NCBI GenBank assembly: GCA_037127915.1
Contig: JBAXXL010000007.1
Span: 27,636-91,635 of the forward strand
Length of the DNA: 64,000 nt
Direction of reading: 5' to 3'
DNA from: a bacterium
Lineage (GTDB): Bacteria > Bacteroidota > Ignavibacteria > Kapaibacteriales > UBA2268
Under the pieces are notes generated by a model. That model was not told the origin of the DNA. It saw only the letters and a program-made list of their open reading frames with translations, and did not search any database. The translations under genes and the position numbers were made by a program. This document shows, one piece after another, positions 27,463 to 35,705 of the stretch. Positions within the stretch are counted from its first letter, which is position 1. Each line of letters opens with the position of its first letter.

Positions 27463-29121
27463 TTGTTACGTAATAACGGGAAAATTAATATGAACGAAAA
27501 AGCACACTATATCTTAAAAAAAGATATTTTCAAGAGCCCAATTTTCTGGGTGGGATTAGCTGTATTATTGTTAATTCCTACATTATTTTTTCCAATCAGC
27601 GCGGATCTTTCCATTTACCTTATGGGTGGAGAAGCGGTTTTGCATGGTAAGAAATTATATACTGATTTTATTGATATCAAACCGCCGATTTTCTATTATA
27701 CTTTTGCTATGATTGTCAAGTTTTTCGGCAGAAGTGAAATGGGAATTAGAGTTTTTGACATAATACTTCAATCCATTACTGCGTTCTTGATTTTCAGAAC
27801 TATTGATATTAATACAAAAAATAGATTTTTTGCAGGTTGTGCGGCCATTCTATACTCCGTAATTTACACTACAATGGGGTATTCACAAACATTACAAGGC
27901 GAAGCTCTTATAACCCCAATGATAATGGCGGTTTTATATTTCCAAATCTCAACAAAGCAGAGTATTCTTCGTTATATTGCTTCCGGTATTATGATTGGAT
28001 TCGCAATCGGCATAAAATATCCATTAGGAATAATATTACTATTTGTTATATTTGACGATTTACTAAGCCGCAAAATGAGTTTTAAAAAGATTTTATTCAA
28101 GGACTTTGTTATATCGGCAACAGCGTTGGTGGTTTTTGTATTATCCTTAGCCACTCTGTTGGATAAAGATGTATTTAAGGGGTTTATGTTGATTACCGAT
28201 TTAGTGGCGAAGTATTCTTCGAGGCCTGCTTTGGACAGTCAATATTTAGTATTTTCTTTGAATAAGATTGCTGAGTTCTTAGGCGATAATATTTCACTTT
28301 TAATTACGGGCAGTGTCTTAGTTACCATATTCCTGTTAATAACACGCAAAATCGAAGACGAGAAAACTTATCAGCTTTTATCAAAGACACTTTTATTTGC
28401 ATTATTCTTCACGCTTTCAATTTTTGTAGAACGGAAATTTCACGAATATTATTTCGTTCGGATGTTGCCATTGTGGGTAATATTAGCTTCTTTTTCTATA
28501 ACATATCTCTTTAAACAACTGCGGTTAAATTATTCTAAATACGATAACATATCTAAATTTACCGTTATTGTGATCTTGGCATTAAGTTTTTATTTTAGTC
28601 CGGCTTTGAGGTATGTATTCAGAGCAAAAAACGCAGTTTCTTATGTTGTTAATAGGGAAAAATATAATTTAGAAAATGAAAAGTTTTCGTTAGCATCGTA
28701 CAGAGTTCAATGGTTGGATGTATCAAACTATTTAAACAAACAATTACATAATTACGATTACCAACCGTTTTTGCTTAATATACAAACAGGTTCGGGACCA
28801 ATCAATTACTTTACCCCAAAATTCAAGCATTCAGCTTTTCAGCAATCGCAATTCTATTTTTCAGTTGAAGCTCCAAAGTATTGGCAGGATATGTTTTTTA
28901 AGGAATTGAAACAAGCTGACTTCTTGTGTATAGAGACGGATGACACTCATTCCACAATTACAGGCCATTCTTTTTCATCAAGCTCTTATGTATTTGAACA
29001 AAAAGGGAACAGTTTTGCTGATGAAATTAAAGACTATATAAACGAAAATTTTAGTGTTGTTCACCAAGCGGCGAATTTTAATGTATATGAAAGGGTAACA
29101 AAAGCAACTATCTTGAATTGA
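27463..29121 (+). CDS. Glycosyltransferase family 39 (ArnT/PMT-like) integral membrane protein
   Basis: 552 aa, N-terminal multi-TM region with a conserved FxD motif region typical of GT39/GT83 lipid-linked sugar transferases; large C-terminal soluble domain. The true start may be the internal MNEKAHY at 27490. Confidence 0.55.
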   Translation: MLRNNGKINMNEKAHYILKKDIFKSPIFWVGLAVLLLIPTLFFPISADLSIYLMGGEAVLHGKKLYTDFIDIKPPIFYYTFAMIVKFFGRSEMGIRVFDIILQSITAFLIFRTIDINTKNRFFAGCAAILYSVIYTTMGYSQTLQGEALITPMIMAVLYFQISTKQSILRYIASGIMIGFAIGIKYPLGIILLFVIFDDLLSRKMSFKKILFKDFVISATALVVFVLSLATLLDKDVFKGFMLITDLVAKYSSRPALDSQYLVFSLNKIAEFLGDNISLLITGSVLVTIFLLITRKIEDEKTYQLLSKTLLFALFFTLSIFVERKFHEYYFVRMLPLWVILASFSITYLFKQLRLNYSKYDNISKFTVIVILALSFYFSPALRYVFRAKNAVSYVVNREKYNLENEKFSLASYRVQWLDVSNYLNKQLHNYDYQPFLLNIQTGSGPINYFTPKFKHSAFQQSQFYFSVEAPKYWQDMFFKELKQADFLCIETDDTHSTITGHSFSSSSYVFEQKGNSFADEIKDYINENFSVVHQAANFNVYERVTKATILN

Positions 29122-29162
29122 AGTACTATCAATTAATGATAAAACAAAGCCTTCTATTAATA

Positions 29163-29201
29163 GAAAAAACTCATCCGCGTTATCAGTGGATGAGTTTTTT
29201 T
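29163..29201. terminator. Bidirectional intrinsic terminator between convergent genes
   Basis: AAAAAA-ACTCATCC-gcgttatcagt-GGATGAGT-TTTTTTT: 8-bp stem flanked by an A-run and a T-run, so it functions on both strands. Confidence 0.75.
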
Positions 29202-29228
29202 GCTATCAGACAACTAATATTGTTTGAA

Positions 29229-31616
29229 TTATTTTACAATCACAAATTGTTTTGCTTCGTAGCAACCATCAAACTTCAAATAATATACGCCGGATCCTAG
29301 TTTGCTTATATCAATCTTAATATTGTTATTAGACAAATAAGTATCGAAATTTGTCTTTTGAACTAATATTCCTAATGAAGAATAAATTTCAATTGTTTTA
29401 TTCGCTATAAAACCTGAATTTGAAGGATTCAGATTGACGTCAATAAAATCGGACGCAGGATTTGGTGAAACTGTTATATTATCTAATAATATAAAATCTT
29501 TGCACGATTGACCGCTCACATCTTCATCATCAATTTTGCCATCAATTCCCTTTATCTCACCTTCAACCAAACTAATTTCACCGTCTATATACTCATAGTT
29601 CGAGAAGGAGTTTTTATTCGATATAACAAAATACCACTCTTGACTATCTTCAGGAATAGCGAATAATATATCAGCTTTGTTTACTTTGGTATAAGGAAAG
29701 TAGGCACTAAAGGCAATGCTACCTTTAAACTTATTATAATTGATTTGATCAACCAAGAATATATCTACTGACCCCGACGCTGAATCAGCCCATTTTTTAA
29801 ATCTACTTTTTTGGCTGTCGTATCTTGATTCATTACTGATTATTTCATCGGATTGAAATTTAACTTGAAGACCATAATTCGATGTTTCGGGTGCTTGCAA
29901 TTTCTGATAATTTGCTGAAGGGATTTTGTAAGTTTCAATAGGAACTACACCTGTATATTCCGCATTCCCTTGTGATAAATCGGTGTTAATACGGAAAACA
30001 TTAGTTTCGCCCGGGGCATAACCAAGCGTTTTATTATAAACTTGAACATAATAATACTTAGCATCGCCTGCCTTGAATTCAACAATTCCATTTTTGCCAG
30101 TATAGAACGTACCGCTATAAGCCACATTGTTATCACCCGGGTGTCCGGGAGAAGCGTATATCATGACTTGCAAATCTGGAATGGGAATATTAGTTGCTTT
30201 ATCAACTATCGTAAGTTTTACATTACAAGTATATGTATAAGGTTCAGTATTATTGAATTGCCAGCCGTCTGCCCTCCAGCCCTGTATGATTGACATTAAC
30301 CAATAATCCGGTGCTAAAGTTTCATATAATTTCGGGTCGAATGAAGTCCATCCCCAACCGGATTGTACTAATCCGCCGCGGAAAAATTCGTAATGCTGCC
30401 AACCTCCATCCCAAAATCCACCCCACACGTGATCTTCACGCATCGTTCCTTGATAGCAAGCAGGAATTAGCGCAGTTCTGGCGGCGGCTGTGATTAAATA
30501 AGAATCTTCTCCGCAATTACCGCGGTGTTGATACAAGATTTGACATGGATGTATAGCTCTTGCCTTACCGGCTTCCGCATCAATTGGAATAGCTCTCGAT
30601 GCCCAATTACAAAGCATATCTAACGCTCCATCAGTATTAGCAATTTCTCTGCCGAACAATTTTGCGGATTTATCGCCATCCCACAGATATTCTGAGTTGA
30701 CCATCATATCCTTGAATACAAGTATGGTTTTAATTTCACCTACTTGAGTTTTAATATTAACATTTGTATAATCGTGCGTTGGATCGGGATTATTCCAAAT
30801 ATAATCGCGCCAGAAATACCCATAGGTTCTTTGTTGGGTACTATTCACATCATCATCCGACCATAGTCCCTCTTGATATAATTTCGGCATTACCAAATAC
30901 CAATAGTATATATCGCGGGGAATTTCTTTCCAAATATACCCTGTGCCTTTTTTTATTTTATATTCTGTGGTTGTGTAGTCGCTATACTCTTTAAGTCGGA
31001 CGTACTTCAGTTGAGGAGCAATTTCATATATCATTTCGGCATTTTGCTTTAAAAGATTAATACTCTTTAAAAACCTTGAATTAGTCAACGATTGAATTGA
31101 AAGATTGGCTATTTGAAAAGCTATCTCATCTTTAAGTTTGGTTTCGGCTCCCAGAATTAAATCTGCAAAATCATCAGCTTTTGAACCTAGTAATTCTAAA
31201 TTTATAGCTAAATCTTTTCTTAACCACTCCGGAGTTTCGGTTAAGGCTTGTTTACATTTTCCCGTTGCTTCATAGGAAGGTAAAACTTTTTCTATAGATT
31301 TTGTATCTGTATTTATTTTGTAAACGGTATATTTTCCATCATAGATGGTATGGCTTGTATTGACTTTTTGAACTTCAGTAGTTTGACCGGAATAAATTTG
31401 TTCTATTAAATTCTTTTGACTAAAAACAGGAACATTATTCATTGATTGTAATGAATTTGTTTCAACTTTATACAATTGAATATCTTGAATTGGCTTGTAT
31501 TGGTTTTCCACAATTATTCCCTGAGCTGAATTTGGAAGAATACATATCGGCTCTTGAGCCCCAGTAATACTTCTTGATAATATGATAAATAAAATTATAT
31601 AAATAATTTTTTTCAT
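29229..31616 (-). CDS. Secreted transglutaminase-like cysteine-protease-fold protein with carboxypeptidase-regulatory-like beta-sandwich and T9SS C-terminal sorting domain
   Basis: HRGNCGEDSYLITAAARTALIPA...REDHVWGGFWDGGWQHYE carries the Cys/His/Asp arrangement of the transglutaminase-like core. C-terminal SPNPASDFIDVNL...IEIYSSLGILV...GSGVYYLKF is a T9SS CTD. Confidence 0.6.
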   Translation of the reverse strand: MKKIIYIILFIILSRSITGAQEPICILPNSAQGIIVENQYKPIQDIQLYKVETNSLQSMNNVPVFSQKNLIEQIYSGQTTEVQKVNTSHTIYDGKYTVYKINTDTKSIEKVLPSYEATGKCKQALTETPEWLRKDLAINLELLGSKADDFADLILGAETKLKDEIAFQIANLSIQSLTNSRFLKSINLLKQNAEMIYEIAPQLKYVRLKEYSDYTTTEYKIKKGTGYIWKEIPRDIYYWYLVMPKLYQEGLWSDDDVNSTQQRTYGYFWRDYIWNNPDPTHDYTNVNIKTQVGEIKTILVFKDMMVNSEYLWDGDKSAKLFGREIANTDGALDMLCNWASRAIPIDAEAGKARAIHPCQILYQHRGNCGEDSYLITAAARTALIPACYQGTMREDHVWGGFWDGGWQHYEFFRGGLVQSGWGWTSFDPKLYETLAPDYWLMSIIQGWRADGWQFNNTEPYTYTCNVKLTIVDKATNIPIPDLQVMIYASPGHPGDNNVAYSGTFYTGKNGIVEFKAGDAKYYYVQVYNKTLGYAPGETNVFRINTDLSQGNAEYTGVVPIETYKIPSANYQKLQAPETSNYGLQVKFQSDEIISNESRYDSQKSRFKKWADSASGSVDIFLVDQINYNKFKGSIAFSAYFPYTKVNKADILFAIPEDSQEWYFVISNKNSFSNYEYIDGEISLVEGEIKGIDGKIDDEDVSGQSCKDFILLDNITVSPNPASDFIDVNLNPSNSGFIANKTIEIYSSLGILVQKTNFDTYLSNNNIKIDISKLGSGVYYLKFDGCYEAKQFVIVK

Positions 31617-31682
31617 TATTGTTTCCTAAAATGATTATTAAAATTTCTTCTAAATTATAAAAATAAATATGATCGATATGGA

Positions 31683-33296
31683 TTACAATTTTACTATTTT
31701 AGCAGTATAAGTATTAGTTTTACTGATAATTACAACAAAATATATTCCTTTATTTAAGGCACTTAAATCAATTTCGGTTTGTGTGCTAGTAATTTCGGCT
31801 TTGTAAATTTCTTCGCCGAGGAAATCGATAATAACAAGTTGAGATTTCCCTAATTCTACACTCCTAACATTTATTTTTTCTGAAAACGGGTTAGGATAAA
31901 CACTTATCGAAAGCTCTTCCCTATCATTTAAAACTGATGTAACACCTACTTTGGGGCTAGGCATTGTGTCCAATTGTAATTTCCAACCCTTATTGACTCC
32001 GCTTCCTGAATATGCTCCACGATAAACCCAAGTACACGAATCACCATTAAAATCCTTATTCCACCAATTGAGAGTTTGAAAAATATCACTTGAAGACTGT
32101 GTTCCAATAAGTTGCCCAGCTTTGGGGTATAAATTAAGAGTATTTATGTCTTCTGTAGGAGAGTTCACATAAATTGATGCATTGCCATAAGTATCAGTTA
32201 TATTATCATCCATATTATCGAAATTTGTTATTGGTGATGCGGCAAAAACTGCGTTCGCGTTGCAGTATTGTAGATATTTAGTATTAGCATTATAGAGCCT
32301 TATTCCACCTGATGAATTGTTTACCCATAGTGTATTATGAAAAATCTTTATGTTTTGAGGTTGAACACCATTTTGCGAAGAAATATACACAGCGCGAAAG
32401 CCTTCAGAATCGAAGCGGTTAACAAATATATTATTGTATAAACAGATATTACCGGTACCTTGGAACAGAGCTTCATTCGGATTTTGCCAAAAGAAATTAC
32501 CATAAATCTCATAATAATCATTAGCACCCCAACCCTTTAGCGGGAAACCTCCAACTAACAAATTAGGTCTTGCCATACTTCCCGATGAACCATTTGATTC
32601 TTTCGAAAAAACATTATGACGGATTATCGTTTTGCCATTTACGGCGGTTCCTTCACAATCATCTCTAACGCTATCCAATTGATGTTTAATTTCAATATTA
32701 TATCCGATAGTGTTTGCAATATAATTGTTTTCAATTATACCATTAACAAAAGGTTTACCCCCGTCTGAATTTCCGAGATACATTCCGGTTCCGGCACCAA
32801 TAATCTTGTTTTTTCGGATAATCCAGTTCCAAGCAGGGCATTTAGTGCTGATGCCGACAATCTGCTGATTATTGCCGTAATTTATGATATTCATATACTC
32901 TAAAGTAATATGATGAGCCCAATTACCAGCGGTTCCTTCTGCTTTAACAGCATCAACTGAAATATCTTTCCCGTCGAGTTGAAGATTTTTGATTACTAAG
33001 AATGAGGATTTGGTTATGCTTATAGTGTTACTACCCGATTGAGCTTCGAAAACAGTGGTATATAAATCACTATTACCTATTATTACAATCGGTTGCGTTT
33101 CCGTTCCGTTCCTATCGACCACCTTTAAATTGCCTGTATATGTCCCGGCTGTGAGATATAGTGTATCACCGGCTACCAACGAACTCAAAAATGATTTGTA
33201 GTTTTCGGGATTTGCAGTTATTAAATTCGCTATAGTATTTTCAGGAAATGAAAAAACTAAACAAATCAGTAGAGAATAAAAGTAGAATTTTTTCAT
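31683..33296 (-). CDS. Right-handed parallel beta-helix repeat protein (pectate-lyase-like fold) with T9SS C-terminal sorting domain
   Basis: Repeated NxI/GxxN beta-helix rungs (NNYIANTIGYNIEI, NGIIENNYI). C-terminal VYPNPFSEKINV...IIDFLGEEIY...KGIYFVVI is a T9SS CTD. Confidence 0.6.
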   Translation of the reverse strand: MKKFYFYSLLICLVFSFPENTIANLITANPENYKSFLSSLVAGDTLYLTAGTYTGNLKVVDRNGTETQPIVIIGNSDLYTTVFEAQSGSNTISITKSSFLVIKNLQLDGKDISVDAVKAEGTAGNWAHHITLEYMNIINYGNNQQIVGISTKCPAWNWIIRKNKIIGAGTGMYLGNSDGGKPFVNGIIENNYIANTIGYNIEIKHQLDSVRDDCEGTAVNGKTIIRHNVFSKESNGSSGSMARPNLLVGGFPLKGWGANDYYEIYGNFFWQNPNEALFQGTGNICLYNNIFVNRFDSEGFRAVYISSQNGVQPQNIKIFHNTLWVNNSSGGIRLYNANTKYLQYCNANAVFAASPITNFDNMDDNITDTYGNASIYVNSPTEDINTLNLYPKAGQLIGTQSSSDIFQTLNWWNKDFNGDSCTWVYRGAYSGSGVNKGWKLQLDTMPSPKVGVTSVLNDREELSISVYPNPFSEKINVRSVELGKSQLVIIDFLGEEIYKAEITSTQTEIDLSALNKGIYFVVIISKTNTYTAKIVKL

Positions 33297-33413
33297 GGAT
33301 AATTTCGCAATTGAATAATAAAATATCTGCTAATTTATAAAATTCTTTTGATATATTTTGTATTTAAAAAGAATTTATTTATTTTTGGTATAATATTTTT
33401 TATGGAGTTTAAA

Positions 33414-34496
33414 ATGAAATTTACTATTGTTTCTATAATCTTGCTATTTTCCCTAATAAATCTATATTCCAATGACGATCCATATATCGAATCAACTGGT
33501 GGGATATTATATCCTATGAAACAAACTAGAATATCTATTAAAAAAGAATTATTATCATTTTATTGCAATGAAGACACTACTTATGGAGATATGGGCGGTT
33601 ATGCAAATGTCAAAGTAAACTTCGATTTTTTTAATCCTGATGACACAACAATTAAAACATTAGTTGGGTTCGCAGCAAGAGGTGAAGATGTTAAGAATTT
33701 TATAATAAAATTTGAAGGCAAAAAGTTAACCTATAAAAAAATGTCAACGGATAATATTGATAGTGCACTTACTATCTTCGATCCATTATCATCAAAAAAT
33801 TTGTATATTATTTACTTATTCGAAGTGCCATTCAAGCCGGGTTTAAATAAAATCGAACATTCCTATGATTTTTTGGCAGTTAATCAATTTGGAGATTATG
33901 AATATGTTCTCACAACTGGTGCGAAATGGGCAGGTGAAAAAATCGGCCAACTCACAATTGATCTAACAATGAATAATTCTAAATTCTTAGAAATATGCTC
34001 TGACTCTTTAATAACATCTGAATTTAAAACTGAAGTAATTGGTAAAGGAAAATTCTTTTTCGATAGAGGCTTTTTATGTTCATATATTTTAGACGGAAAA
34101 TTACGACTAACCACCGTAAATTATAGACCTAAAAAAGATTTAATGTTTAATAATAAAATCATACCTATTATGCAATACTTCAATGATACAGAATTGAATG
34201 AATTTGATTTTGAAATCTTTAATGCGCTAAACAGAAGAAACTTAGAATGCTTTACTCAAACTATAACCTTAAATGACTTAAATTTAATTGAAAATGGTAT
34301 TTACGCTGAATATGGTTATGACATAACGGATGCCAAAATTAAATCAATTTTTTCAAAAGTACCCTGGTATTCTCCAAATCTTAAATTAAAACTTAAGGAC
34401 ATTAAACTTAATAGCAAAGATAAGGTATTTTTAAAACAAGTTTTAGTAAAAAAGAAACAGTTGCTACTTAATGATAATAAAAAGTATTCGAAATAG
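33414..34496 (+). CDS. Secreted YARHG-domain protein
   Basis: LNLIENGIYAEYGYDITDAKIKSIFSKVPWYSPN matches the YARHG domain pattern (variant YAEYG). A GGAG RBS lies 7 nt upstream of the ATG at 33414; the longer ORF from 33348 lacks an RBS and would bury the signal peptide. Confidence 0.6.
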   Translation: MKFTIVSIILLFSLINLYSNDDPYIESTGGILYPMKQTRISIKKELLSFYCNEDTTYGDMGGYANVKVNFDFFNPDDTTIKTLVGFAARGEDVKNFIIKFEGKKLTYKKMSTDNIDSALTIFDPLSSKNLYIIYLFEVPFKPGLNKIEHSYDFLAVNQFGDYEYVLTTGAKWAGEKIGQLTIDLTMNNSKFLEICSDSLITSEFKTEVIGKGKFFFDRGFLCSYILDGKLRLTTVNYRPKKDLMFNNKIIPIMQYFNDTELNEFDFEIFNALNRRNLECFTQTITLNDLNLIENGIYAEYGYDITDAKIKSIFSKVPWYSPNLKLKLKDIKLNSKDKVFLKQVLVKKKQLLLNDNKKYSK

Positions 34497-34509
34497 GACT
34501 AATTCTTCC

Positions 34510-35040
34510 CTATTTCCCGCTTTTCAATTCTTTCCGCCACACAGATAGGCTTATTACAGTATCATTTACTACATCATAGAATTTGATTTCGTTGTTTTTT
34601 GGATATACATAAAAGTTGAAGTGTGTTACATAGTTCGTACCGTTATCTTCACCAGCTTTCACCCAATAATACTCTTCGTTAGATTCTTTTGGAGTATCAT
34701 AAATCCAAACCATTAAATGACGTTTTCCTTTGGTCTGCTTTTCTATGTATTTTCCTCTTTCCTTAACTTCTGGAAGTGCCAAAATCATATCACAAATCTT
34801 CTGTTCATTTTTATCGCGAATTAAGGGCTTGTCAAGATTATCGAGATTTACCGGATCGGTCTCAATCGAATCCCAAAGTCCGGTTGTATCAACTTTCTTT
34901 TGCTTGACTACTTTCGGATTAACCGTTTCTTTAACATCTTTATATGCTTTTTCGAAATCTATTTTTTTATTCCAAAAATCTGAATCGCAAGCAGTTAATA
35001 TTACAATTAGACTCAAATAAACGAGTATATTCTTTTTCAT
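34510..35040 (-). CDS. Lipoprotein of unknown function
   Basis: MKKNILVYLSLIVILTAC lipobox (LTAC); 176 aa. Confidence 0.55.
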   Translation of the reverse strand: MKKNILVYLSLIVILTACDSDFWNKKIDFEKAYKDVKETVNPKVVKQKKVDTTGLWDSIETDPVNLDNLDKPLIRDKNEQKICDMILALPEVKERGKYIEKQTKGKRHLMVWIYDTPKESNEEYYWVKAGEDNGTNYVTHFNFYVYPKNNEIKFYDVVNDTVISLSVWRKELKSGK

Positions 35041-35198
35041 TGTTAATTATTCCTTTATTCTAAATTTTTCAATATTCATTTCCTAATAGCTTTAAATCGG
35101 CTTTTTTTCGAATGCTGTAATCATACAAATTTTCAAAACAGATTATTTAAAATCAAAACTAACATTTTTTTAATAAATATTAGGTAAAACATTTTTTT

Positions 35199-35216
35199 AA
35201 TTAGAATATTCTAATT
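35199..35216. promoter_or_regulatory. Perfect 18-bp palindrome AATTAGAATATTCTAATT, candidate MarR operator upstream of the marR-like gene
   Basis: Self-complementary sequence 12 nt upstream of the 35228 start. A second copy of the core TTAGAATATTCTAA lies upstream of the ATPase gene. Confidence 0.6.
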
Positions 35217-35227
35217 AATTTTGCCTT

Positions 35228-35644
35228 ATGAATGAATTACAAAATATAATTGCTTTATTATCAAGAGAGATTGTAGAGTTAGAAGAATCCGCAAAGGAAC
35301 AATTTAGTTTCAACGAACTAACTTTGACCCAAATGCATTATCTCGAAACAATTAATCAACAACAAAATCCAAATCTGACTGAGTTGGCATTGGAAATGGG
35401 CTTAACGAAACCTTCAGTCACAGTCGCAATCGATAAATTAATTGAGAAAGAATATGTTTATAAAGTAAAATCAGATGAAGATAGAAGAAGTATGCATTTA
35501 CATCTAACGGAGAAAGGTAAGTTGTTAAATCAGATGCATGATTACGCTCATAAACTATTGGCTGAAAGAATGATTAGTGTCTTCGATGATGATGAATTAA
35601 CAGTTCTGAAACAACTTTTGAAAAAATATCTAAACAGAAAATAA
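35228..35644 (+). CDS. MarR family transcriptional regulator
   Basis: LTLTQMHYLETINQQQNPNLTELALEMGLTKPSVTVAIDKLIEKEYV is a winged-helix MarR signature; 138 aa. Confidence 0.8.
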   Translation: MNELQNIIALLSREIVELEESAKEQFSFNELTLTQMHYLETINQQQNPNLTELALEMGLTKPSVTVAIDKLIEKEYVYKVKSDEDRRSMHLHLTEKGKLLNQMHDYAHKLLAERMISVFDDDELTVLKQLLKKYLNRK

Positions 35645-35659
35645 TTATTTTTGATAATA

Positions 35660-35675
35660 GTTAGAATATTCTAAC
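35660..35675. promoter_or_regulatory. Perfect 16-bp palindrome GTTAGAATATTCTAAC, second candidate MarR operator, upstream of the P-type ATPase
   Basis: Same TTAGAATATTCTAA core as 35199..35216, 31 nt upstream of the ATPase ATG. Confidence 0.6.
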
Positions 35676-35705
35676 ATTATTAATTAACTACAAATTTATA
35701 AAATT

